Shown here piece after piece: positions 1 to 10,800 of a DNA stretch of 36,692 bases. The stretch comes from Catajapyx aquilonaris (taxonomy: Eukaryota), in assembly GCA_000934665.2 (NCBI GenBank), contig JYFJ02003882.1, forward strand, positions 1-36,692, read 5' to 3'. Each line of letters starts with the position of its first letter. Within the stretch, counting starts at the first letter, position 1. A program made the position numbers and the translations under genes. The notes under the pieces are model-generated. The model was not told where the DNA came from. It saw only the letters and a program-made list of their open reading frames with translations, and ran no database searches.

Positions 1-1
1 G

Positions 2-322
2 AAACTTCACAGGCGCATGTGCGACATGCCCAGGAATGGATGGTGTGATTTTCACAAAATTGTCAATGAATGGACTTAGCGCAAGAACTACCTTAAGAGA
101 CAATCAGCAGCCAACGTCGTGGCCATTCTTGAGGCCAGTTTGAAAGAGGTGACGCCAGAGAAGTGGGGCAATTATCTTTCGCATGTAATGAGCATAGAAG
201 ACGATTACTTGCGGTTGCAACCAGTGTTTGACAGTCCCCGCCTGCCCATTGTGATTCATGGAGTATGTGACACTAGCTCAGAGGAAAGTTCAGACGAAGA
301 GGAGTGTACATATCAGGAATAA
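2..322 (+). pseudogene. Decayed C-terminus of an IS630/Tc1-mariner-type (DDE_3-like) transposase, truncated by the window start
   Basis: Frame from nt 2 reads ...PRNGWCDFHKIVNEWT*RKNYLKRQSAANVVAILEASLKEVTPEKWGNYLSHVMSIEDDY...PIVIHGVCDTSSEESSDEEE. This resembles the LPPYHC-x-LNPIE-x2-W-x3-K / VT-x3-W-x5-HV-x3-E / acidic tail layout of arthropod DDE_3 transposases. In-frame TAG at 77-79. Family assigned by motif recall, not by search. Confidence 0.6.
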
Positions 323-825
323 AGAAACCACGTTTATTAATAAGCTAACGTTCTTATTTTTTATAGTAGTCAATTCTGGTAAATTATTTATCTTACAGGA
401 GACGTACGGCACCATCGCATTTTAATCTCTTTCTTGAGAACCCTTTTGCGGATTAGTCTCGGAAGAAATGGTCACATTTTGGAGGTGGTGGGGTAGGGGC
501 TGGAGGATTTGGGTGGTTGGGGAAAACCCAGGAACTCCGTCAAGCTTTGAATCCGACAATACACACTACTGTACAGTACCCTACCTGTATAGCATGAGAG
601 TGCCTTTTACAGTGCAACCAGCAAGGCTAAAAAGCCGCTCAACCCATGCTGCACTAGCGAGTCCACGCCAGTCAATTTGAACAGAAAGGATGTGACATCA
701 CGCCGTACGGCCGTAATATATAAATTGATTGCTGCAGTATTTCTAATTGTTTTATAAAACTGACCGGGGTTGTCACCACCTACAATTTTTCCCCACCCCC
801 TCGTTCACGCATGACCCATGACTCT

Positions 826-838
826 GAAACACCCTGTA
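826..838 (-). mobile_element. Tc1/mariner-type TIR end (right end of an element lying to the left)
   Basis: GAAACACCCTG-TA at 826-838, the reverse complement of TA-CAGGGTGTTTC, a common mariner/Tc1 terminus with TA target. Confidence 0.45.
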
Positions 839-1162
839 TATTGTATTCTCTATGGCTTGGAAGTACATTCTTTAAAAGTTATTACGCCACTTTGTGCCAA
901 AATGATGTAATTTTCCAGCAATTATTATGCGACAAATATTCTGCCAGTTTATTTTGAAACTTGTGTTTATTTCGTCACAAGCCTTTAACTGCTTGTTGCA
1001 GTAATGATGATGTTATCAGTTGTATTAATGGTTTCCTAGTGTGATATCAGTACTACATTATTCTGGGGAGATTTTAGGAATTTATGTGATGCTAAGACAA
1101 GAGCTACTGTCACATGTGGTGCCATTTTGGCATCAATATGTCAGTTTATAATTAAATTTATG

Positions 1163-1225
1163 TACAGGGTGTTTCTTACTAGTATGGCCAACGGCAGTCA
1201 GCGTACTCCTTGAGCCAAAACAATT
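1163..1225 (+). mobile_element. Tc1/mariner-type TIR end (left end of another remnant)
   Basis: TA-CAGGGTGTTTC at 1163-1175, same 13-mer as 826-838 but facing outward, so two separate element ends. No matching right end found. Confidence 0.45.
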
Positions 1226-1647
1226 TGCAAATTAATTCAATAGAAGTCATACCTAGATCCATTGCTCTTTATTCCCAATTTGCTTCCTTTTTGTCTTGCA
1301 TCCATTCATTTCAGACCACCAATTAAGTCAAAGGAAAGGTTCTTTTGACTCCCTGCAAAAGTGATTATGTTGAAATTGTTTTTGGCAATTAGAGATCTTG
1401 ATTGGGTCAAGTGATAACATTGCAGGATTTGAAGTTCAGCATCATGCAGAAATTATTCCAGTCTCATTGACCCAAAGGTTCTGGGGTGGTTTGCAGGCAG
1501 CAAATATAATTAACTTTGAAGGAATTTATTGTAGTCTGCTAATGCCATTAAACATTTCTGAGACTATGGTTCAACAGCATTGAATCAAGTTTGCATTTGT
1601 CTTCTGTATTTCCAGTAACATTCATCATTGTGAAAAGAAAGTTAATC

Positions 1648-1684
1648 AGGATGAATGAAGAATGAATAGCTCTTCATTCATCCT
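1648..1684. repeat. Short perfect inverted repeat
   Basis: AGGATGAATGAAGA (1648-1661) and TCTTCATTCATCCT (1671-1684), 14 bp stem with 9 nt loop. Confidence 0.8.
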
Positions 1685-1765
1685 AAAATATTAGTCTTTT
1701 TTCATTTTTTTAGATTCTTACCAGCCTGAAGCATAACGTTTTGTACATCCTGAAAAAGATGGAGG

Positions 1766-1864
1766 AGCAATCAGAAGAGCAGCTATTATTGGACATCTTT
1801 ATTGCATCTGGAAAGTATCAAGCAGCAATCAGAAGAGCAGCTATTGTGGACACATATTTATTGC
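1766..1864. repeat. Direct duplication, period 58 nt
   Basis: AGCAATCAGAAGAGCAGCTATT at 1766-1787 and 1824-1845, both followed by TGGACA...TTTATTGC. Confidence 0.8.
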
Positions 1865-2312
1865 TATTTTTGTACAGTGTATATTGGCTGTAAGAAATAA
1901 AGATACAGTGCATCGATGTCTCTCGCCCCTCCACCTGCTGATGGATGGGGGAGAGGCTTCGATGGATGGGGCCCATGGGCAATGTAAGCTACGTTGCCTC
2001 CCCTATCCTCCCTGGGGGGATAGGGGGAAGGAGAGGGCAACATCTTACATTGTCCCACATGCACCCCATATCCATCGAAGCCTCACCCCAACCAGCAGCA
2101 GGCAGAGGCTGGAGGGACCCAAGGCACTGGAGTGAACAAATGAGACTCTCACTGGACTCATGTTTACAGAAGAAAAGGGGAGGGACCTAAAGATAGGCTC
2201 CGCGACAGCGGACTTTGCGAATGCAGGGGCGGCCGGGGCCGCCCGAAATTACGCCCGGACGACCCCGGCCTTTTTTCGACGGCTAAAACTACGATTTTTC
2301 AGCCTGCAAGTT

Positions 2313-2361
2313 TTCCCCCCTTCGACGTCATGCACGTGGCACATGACGTCGAAGGGGGGAA
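2313..2361. repeat. 20-bp perfect GC-rich hairpin
   Basis: TTCCCCCCTTCGACGTCATG (2313-2332), loop CACGTGGCA, CATGACGTCGAAGGGGGGAA (2342-2361). Confidence 0.85.
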
Positions 2362-3125
2362 GCCTAAATGCATGCGGTCAATCATCCTCCTTTCAACATC
2401 ATGCGCCAATTATTATTAGCACATGATGCCAAAAAGGGGAAGATTTGTAGGGGGGTAAAAGGATGCTGCTGATGACTGGCACCATATGGAAAGAGAAGAA
2501 AAAGTAGGGACACGAGAAAAATTATGATCATCAGTCAGGACTGGCACCATCTCAGAAGCAGGCTGCAAATTACTGGACCTGAAAAAGAGAACAAAAATTA
2601 ATCAATTCAAAAAAACACAATTAGAAAAAGGTCAATGCAATTACATGGAAATTGAACTTGCTAAAATCAGTACAGAAATTAGGCAAATTTTCGCGCCCTG
2701 ACATTAATTTTAATAGATATTTCCCAGCCATACAACACCAAATAAACAGCTTAATTGACGTGGTCAAGTTGCAGAACTGATTAAGTGGAAATGCTGTAAA
2801 GGTAATGAGCCCCATTTCCCCATAGAAAGCAGATACATTCAGGATAATGTCATTTATTTCTGTCAGGTAATTCTCTCAATTACTCAACATTGCACAGGAG
2901 GAGCTAACAACTCAAATCCATGCAACTGCATTGAGACCTTGATCTCTCACAATACTGACCTACAGCAATGTCTCGTTATGGGCATCCTGCTTTGGCAACA
3001 ACAGTCCTGGAAATCACTGCAGCTCTTCCCACAAGCAAACGAAATCTGAAAGCGACAGATGCAAGAATGATAATCAAATCATGTGAAACAGCTAATGTGC
3101 AATCTGTTATGCAAGAAGCAATATA

Positions 3126-3463
3126 CACTGAAGTGTCAGTCATGTGATAGCAACATTTTCCAAGTCACGTATGCCCAGCTGGTGTTGTCATGAGGCAGGG
3201 TGAGCACAGCTCATGGCACTGCTTCATGGCAATGGGAAATTCCAGCAGTTAACGCAGTTTCATCAGCATTCTGAAGAATGATGTGGCCAGACTGAATCCA
3301 ATCCAGCATTAATGGGACGTAGCACAGAGGTCCATTTTCACTGAAGATCCTACACCTTCAGCTATCCAGGCCTTCCCTCCACATTCGGAATCCATGCCAC
3401 GTCGAGTTGCTGCACTTCTCGGGGCTAGAGGGTACCTATCACATGACTTTTGGCACTTCAGGG
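3126..3463 (+). mobile_element. Internally deleted, non-autonomous Tc1-family transposon
   Basis: TA-flanked TIRs CACTGAAGTGTCAGTCATGTGATAG (3126-3150) and CTATCACATGACTTTTGGCACTTCAGGG (3436-3463). Internal transposase remnants PD/NPIQH*WDVAQRSI (~3287-3335, cf. SPDLNPIEHLWD) and ESMPRRVAALLGARG (3388-3432), the Tc1 C-terminal motif. Confidence 0.85.
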
Positions 3464-3743
3464 TAACGTACCATGCATCAACAGATGCACATTAACTCGA
3501 AAGCTTATTATACAGTGATGACAGTATGACAATCACTCAATTACTGATGAAACTAGCTCAAAAATAATTTGCTAATTTCAGGAGGCAGCAATGAGGGGTG
3601 GTCAGTGATGCACGGGAAGTCAATTGATCAGCATTTGACAATACAAAAGCAATTAGAAAAGTCTCAAACGACTAAGCATATCACCAGATGTGCGCCTACG
3701 CCACTATGGATCACCCTAATGGGAGACACTGAAACAGCTAGCA

Positions 3744-4877
3744 TGGCAGTGCTAATAAATTTACACAAAAAAGTAGCCTTGAAAACGTTACATCTGACTG
3801 AAACAATGAATTGAGTAGCATTTTACCTATTGTTAAGTGGCAGCAAGGTGGCAGCCTTCTCACAAAATGTGGTGAGTGTCACTTGTGTAATCACTTAGGC
3901 ACTTGTGAGGAAATGGTTACTTTGCAAGTTAATGAGCAATGACAATGGCTATATTTTGGCGATGAAAATGCACGTACTGTGCATTCGTCTTTCAGTTAAG
4001 TCTTCTCTTCAAATCTTTAATGGCATTTATTTTCTTAACTGATCTACTTATTATTCAGCAGTGTCTTTTCAGTGGCTATTTAAATTGCTTCCCAATATAA
4101 TCAGGGCACCACTGTACTTGCCCAATGCCAGTGAAGTACACCTAGCATGAAAATCACCTGCATGTCCATGTCACAAATAATTAAATAATTAATCACGTTT
4201 TAATAACAGCGTGGTCCCGAGCTTATCTCTTCCATATGACTCATTAGGTTTCTTATAACTAATGTTACAATAAATTATACACCTTACAATATATTCTATG
4301 TTATCTATAGCCTACATATATACTTATATCAAGAGCTGCTTATACGTAATTATAATAAATGTTACAATCATACCACTAAATATTGAGGCATATGGAAGAG
4401 ATGGGCCACAAGGTGTTGTTAAAACTATTCATTTTCTACTCATTCATATTTGTGACGTGGACATGCAGGTGATTTTCATGATTAAGTGAACTTCTCTGGC
4501 ATTGGGCAAGTACAGAGGTCCCCTGATTTAGAAGCAATTTAACTAGCCACTAAGAAGACACCGCTAAATAATGAGATTTACAGAAAAAAAGCAATTTAAG
4601 GAAGACTTAACTGAAAGACAAATGCACAGGATGTGCATTTTCATTGCGCAATTAAGCCTTGTAAGTAAAACAACATCAGTGTCACAATGCCCTTGTCATT
4701 TCTAGTTAACTTGCAAAGTAAAAATTTTCTAAGATTCAATATGCTTCGCAGTGAATGCACAAGTAACACGCACCACCACATTTGGTGAGAAGGCTGTCAC
4801 CATCAGGTCACCACCTAATAGGTGAAATAGTACTCAACTCATTGCTTCCATTTGCCAATACAATATTAGCACTGCCA
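3744..4877. mobile_element. About 1.13 kb fold-back (long diverged inverted repeat), probable non-autonomous DNA element
   Basis: Arms ~3744-4243 and ~4384-4877 match along their length, e.g. TGGCAGTGCTAATA/TATTAGCACTGCCA, GTCTTTCAGTTAAGTCTTC/GAAGACTTAACTGAAAGAC, CTGTACTTGCCCAATGCCAG/CTGGCATTGGGCAAGTACAG, CATGAAAATCACCTGCATGTCCA/TGGACATGCAGGTGATTTTCATG. AT-rich 140 nt spacer. Confidence 0.85.
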
Positions 4878-4933
4878 GGCCATTTTTCAAGGGTGGTACA
4901 GTGCTGGACATTAATAGTCGAGTACTGACAGCA

Positions 4934-5154
4934 ACATTTTCCAATGCAGCAGAAGAGCACAATGCACATGAAAGTGATGAAGTACGAGACTTGCGAGTAA
5001 GAAATGGTAGGCCCTGGCTGACGTCACTGGCTGGGCACAATAGCGTGTTGAACAATTGAGCCTACCAGTGACATCACCCATGGCCTACCATTTCTTACTC
5101 GCACAGCTAGTACTTTTATCACTTCAATGTGCCTTCTGCTGCTTTGGAAAATGT
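4934..5154. repeat. About 220 bp palindrome (MITE-like)
   Basis: TGCGAGTAAGAAATGGTAGGCC (4992-5013) pairs perfectly with 5082-5103. ACATTTTCCA (4934-4943) pairs with 5145-5154. Inner GTCACTGG/CCAGTGAC. Confidence 0.85.
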
Positions 5155-7899
5155 GGATGATCCCATTTTTCCCATCAAGACGCGAGGCACCAATATTGAA
5201 AGCAGGAGAATAGAACTCACCACTAATAAGTGCGGCAGTGTTGGCATCTGAAGTCACTCAAAGAACCATGATTTGGCTGGGGGCCGGAGATGAAATGTGA
5301 TGTCCATCATGTCGGTTGTTGGAGTGTCTCGGCGAAATGGATTGTCCATCGCAGCAGCAGTTATGTCTCCAGAGCAACGCAGATGTTTGAGGCTGCTTCT
5401 GCAAAGGGCGAATTGTATTAGATCAAAATGCCAGGCAACAAGTCACTTAATAAAAACTATGGGATGGGTTTAGGTTCTCTTAGCAGTTAAAAGCACAATT
5501 TTGTTATCAACTGAAGGGGATATTCCACACCTCCCAAGTTTTCAGGAAATGCAAATGTGCTATTTACAGCACTCAAGCAATTAAGGTAGGCTGCACCTTC
5601 ATGTAACATTGCAGATCAAGTTGGTCATCAAATCCAACAATTTTGAATTTGGCTTCATTGCAAAATAGTCTCCTCTTTTTGAGGTACACATAATACTTGA
5701 CAAGCTCATTACAGGTAAAAATGTTCGCATGACCATGATGCCACATCACCTTAAGGGCTGCATGGAACCAAAATATATCGTCCTTAATATTGGGGTCAAG
5801 GCATTTGACCACACCTACCACTGGGGTTGAATTTTTATAATTTTAAGGTCAATCAAATCAGGATCATTTTACACAATCATTGTCCTCCAGTTTGCCTATT
5901 ATATTAAAATTCAATTGAGAATTCTGGAAGGTTCAGAAGTGCATGCTGTGGCCATTTCAAATGCAACAATACATTCTCAACTTTCGAGCCCAGGTTTTCA
6001 CTCTACTCAGGACATTTAAAAAAAATGAAGTTTCATTGCATGAAATATTAACGTTCAATAAAAATGATCCTGTCACACGGCAAAATCAAGCTTGGAAGAA
6101 ACCTTTTTTTTTTACTAGGCCCAATTTGAGTCAAATAATTCACAAAACTGAAACGTAACGAGTTCAATTAGTGGAACGTCATGACTACCCCTCATCTAGT
6201 GGGGTACAATGGGCCAGCTCGGCTGAACATGTCAGTTGCCAGTTTAGGTTAATTATTACTTAAAAAATTTGGCATATTTTACCATTATTGGAAATGCTGC
6301 AATAAAAATTTCCCCACATTCCAATAGCCTCCTGGAGCCATTTTGAAGGTTAAAAATTCACTTTAAATGAGCCAAACTTGATTTTTACAACGGCAACAAA
6401 AAAATTTGGTGCTTCAATGTTATAGTATGCTTCATCTACATAATCCCCACTGGAATTTTGGCAGGAAAATTGATCATGGAAGAGGTCGGAAGGTTGTGTT
6501 TGTCAAGATACTCACCATAGTTGTAGTGGTGTTCGTCAGATGCTCCACCATGTTGACAACGCAGCCTGAGGACCATTTTGACAGTCAGCATCGATGAAGA
6601 CGTCTGCTACTCATTCCCAAAAAGTGCTGGCCTTCTAGTGTGGACCTGGAAACAAAATTCGCAATATAATACATGCTGCATTTCACCACTGGTTCAATAG
6701 CATAATGCCAATTATTACGTTGCTCGCACTTGCACAATACATAAGTACCAGACAAGGCGATACCCAACAAACCCCCCCAGCAATTACGAAGGCTTACTTT
6801 GTGCTAGTGCAATCGTTGCAATCCAGGAGCAATCGGAGTCGAACCTTCTTCGGTGCAAGTCAGGCAGAGAAAGAGGGCTGTTGCACTGTACACAAGCAGG
6901 GGCGGTTCTCCCACCCACCCACCCCCCATCTCTCTGGCTTATGTCTTATCTATACAGCTAAATGCATAGCTAGTCTGATGCAGCTGGTGTTGGACACGCG
7001 TCGTCGAGTTACGTGCAATGCATTGTGGTCAATTCTTGTTATCAGTACCTACGTCATACAAATTGAACGAAGCTTTCGTCACACAAAAACCATTTGCCTA
7101 CATCACTTCTGGACAATAGTCCTATTGGATTATTTATTTATTTATTTATTTTATATAATCATATAGAGATGAGTGTATAGCGCACACGACATACTATGTC
7201 ACATCGTGGATGGATTAATATGGATGTGTTGTGTAGCTCACATTTTTCCCTTAACGATAAATTGCTTGGCCAACTTCACACCCTCATTATACACCGGATA
7301 TGTATTGGATACGGATTGTTTACTCCAGCATCCTGCTTTATAATAATAAAAAATCAATCACCTGGAATCAACATTAGGGTCACATTCACTAATCGTACGG
7401 TAATTATTATCCTGATTTTCTCTGAACTGTTTGCTGGGAGTTAACTGGAGTTAACGATTCAAAAAAAAATCGCTTGTTGTTGTTTTCGTTATTTTGCCTT
7501 TGTAGGCCTATATTCAAAAATATTTTTCTACTGGACTTTTTTTTTGAAACAGTCAAACCAAAAAATTCATTTCAACAGTATGGCTCAGTGGCCACTAGAT
7601 GGCCAAGATATGAGCAAATGGCTGCTCCGCAATCGGGAATTTTCGGTACTAACAGTGGAAATCCTGGAGGGAAAAAAAGACCCCCTCGTGTAATGATAAT
7701 AGAATCACATTACATTATTACACACATCTGTACATAATAACAACAATGACTACAGGTTCAGCCACATGATGGTACCGACATCACAAGCTCTTCATTGTTG
7801 ACATTACTGAAAGTGACTGCGCTTCATAATCAATTGTAAATTCAGAGCAAGATATTAATTATTAGGATATCAACTACTTGTTTAGTGTTTACCATCATC

Positions 7900-10800
7900 T
7901 ATATCACACACCCACCAACCCTTTACCATTACTGTCTTTTTGTCATTGGCCATTGGTTTATATTGATCTGCTGAGTAATGGTGCAAATTATGTATTTCCT
8001 GAAGCGAGCTCAGAAGGTCGATCTGATTTCCATCCGGAGCCGGGCAAGAAGTCTCACCAAATGCTGCCCATTTCCCGCATCATTTCCTTCTGGAGGCCCC
8101 CGCTTCTTCATTCGGACCCAGGTCAGTGGGTACACCCAAAAGAAGGAGAGTCCTTCTCATCCAGAACTAATCCGCATTTTCGCTTTTTGCACTCTGAGGG
8201 TACATGAAGGGACCGGTCTTTGGACAGACCCTACAGTCGACTAAATAACTTATAATCTTCTCTTGCTCGGTGCCAACTGGGGATGGACCCACCGTGTCCC
8301 TATACCCGAAGTTTCAGCCTTGGTTAGTTTGCTTCACCAACTCACAAAAGGACCCAGGAAGTGCCGCCATTAGCCCTCTCTTCTGCAGCCCCCAACAGAA
8401 AGGCACACAGGGTGGCACTCTTCCAACAGCCCTTCACAAGAGCTGATGGGGCCAAGGAAGGAAGTTGCGGATTGTTCGCACCAGCAACCAGTCGAAACAA
8501 TAACAACAAAAAAGTGGCCATGACTTGGTTGCCTCCCTTTTAAACAATTGTAGAATAAACAACCGCCATCGTCACTAAAAAGAGTTTTGAGTTATTGCCT
8601 AATTGCCATTGGGTATGATCAACAATGTTCACCAGATGCTGCCGATTTTGTGGGAAAGGCGATCAATGGAAACAATCGGTGCTGGAAAGCCCATTCAATA
8701 AAGCCGATTGTTATGTAATTAAAATATCTGCACCCCCCTTTTTTTCCTGTCCTAAATAGAAAAGTATATAAAGAGGGGAGTTGGAATAAAAAGTGGTGTT
8801 TCATATGGGCTTTTGAAAAGGCGTATAGGTCAAAAGCCTAATCGACAGTCCTTATTGCTGGGAGAGGAACAATGTTCATGAGCGTGGCCAATTGTTGAAT
8901 GGGGTTTGAAGTACACCAGGGGGAATTTAGGGGGGGGAAACGAATATTCGCAATCGCATGACATGTATATTTTTTTTGTGTCTTTTGCACCGGATGTTTT
9001 GAGCAGTAATTGCGGTTATTAACCATGTCTTCTTCGGTTAAATGGACCCGAATTAGACAAAAAGTGCGGGGTCATCCCCAAGCCTTCTGACTTATTTGCG
9101 TGCGGACGTTATGACAACAATCATAACGATGAGCAGGGTACGGCACAAAATTGAGGACTAAAACGGGGCATTTAAAAATCAATGGTTATCTATATGATGG
9201 TTTTTGTGGAGTAATATAGTACTTTTGCATGCATAATGCTCGTGTGTTTTGACAGGTGACTGTAAACCCATATGGCGCACACAGGGAGAAAGCAATAAGT
9301 GGCTTGAAAGTACTTCCTCTGGAGGAACTTGGTATTCGTTTTCATTTTAAATATTCAACTAAAATTATGGAAAAAATATTAATTTCTGTACGAAAAAAGT
9401 GATCAATCATTTATCTAATCACTGTAAGTAGGCCTTATTGTTGCAATTACATGTGAAAATTAACCACTTTTGAAATATTGTAACATTTTTGTTGCTTTTT
9501 TAAAATGAAAAGCGGACAGCTTATTTTTACTTGTATTTTTGAGTAAATTCTTATCGCAATTTTTTTGACAATATCGGATCAAATTTTTAGCTGTCTTCTA
9601 GATATAGGAAAGGGGTCGAACTTGAGACGTTCGAGGTTTCATGTCGCTTAATCCAAACACTTATTGCTCTGCCAACACAAAAGACCATCTTCATCAACGT
9701 GAAACCCGACATGACCTGCCAATCCAGTATGCAAACATCCCAAGTGACGGCCACAACCCCCCCTACATCCATCTTCCCTCATATTCTTCCAAGACACTAT
9801 ATATAGGGACCCTCCATTTTCTCACCACTTGCTTCTGGGGGCCCATCTCGGCAGCAAAAAGACGCAAAGAAAAAGAAGCTCTTCATTATAATATCTCACA
9901 AAAGATGTCTGACTACGCCCACCTTCTTCCCTCTGTAACTCAAGAAGTTGCTGGTTTTTGCCAAAAGAGGAAAGGTGGTATCGCAGGTATCCGGTGTCGT
10001 ACCCACCCCCATTGCATTGGCAGCCAACAAGACAAGGATGCGACCCCCCTCTTCTAGCCCCCCATTATTGCCTCCCAGTGAAAGAGGCAACAATAGGGAC
10101 GATGACGACCGATGGGGGTGCTCCTCTTATAGATTCCTCCACATCCCCCCGCCATCTCTATTCAGATCCTTCTTTTGAAAAGCACTGACCAACTGGCATT
10201 GGAGGAAAATGTCAGGATGTTAGGGAGCCGGGGACAGGCCGAAGTTCATTGAGAGCAAGGTACTTAGCACCGCAGCACCCAACAAAAGAAGGAAACCCCG
10301 CACCTTGAATGGGTGAGAAGATGGCTGCCATTTTGGGTGCCTTTGCTTCAGAAGGATGACGTGACATCCCTCCAGGGGCTTCGGATATCTTCATGGCAAC
10401 TGTCCTATAAAAGACATACCCACAAATTTTTTTTTAACGGAGAAAGGGTACCCCTTTTTGTACAGGAACACAGGAAATGGTGCAGTCGTAATGATGAATA
10501 GGATGAGTTTGGTGGTAGCCTGTGGCTGCAACGGCTTTTAGTCAATACCACAAGGAGATTAACCCGTTTTTTTGCCATTGTCAGCTGGATGGTAGGGTGT
10601 TTTCAGAATGGCAAAATCAGCAGAATTTGCAATTGAAGGGCTGAATTTGCAATGAAGAGCTTAAGCACTATCTAATATCTTTTGTGTCCCTCTTCAAAAT
10701 GAGAAAACGGGCTAATTACCCAACCAATCGGCCATCTTGTCAGCAGTCAAAGCAAAAGTTTCCTTATTCCTGTTCCGTCCAGGGCCTGAATTTCTAACCT

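Larger units (their letters stand above)
2400..6900 (-). ncRNA. Candidate spliced minus-strand transcript (lncRNA, small-ORF gene, or 5' UTR exons of an off-window gene); both ends approximate
   Basis: Alternating minus-strand splice sites. Donor gtaagc below 6798. Exon 6645-6516 (tttgtttccag| ... |gtgagt). Exon 5398-5221 (ccctttgcag| ... |gtgagt). Exon 3045-2960 (gtcgctttcag| ... |gtcagt). Exon starting 2578 (tttttgttctctttttcag|). No long ORF. Confidence 0.45.

Noticed and set aside
1695..1900. Strong + strand acceptor at 1713 with open frame and AATAAA near 1896
   Set aside because: No upstream exon or recognisable product; the region contains a local duplication and follows a transposon end.
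6705..7166. 153-aa + strand ORF
   Set aside because: No recognisable domain, runs into TTTA repeats, and overlaps the likely 5' end of the minus-strand transcript.
5750..7670. Further MITE remnants (5750-6400, 7375-7666) and CTCF-like CCACTAGATGGC at 7592
   Set aside because: Termini are too degenerate to pair confidently, and a single motif match is not enough.
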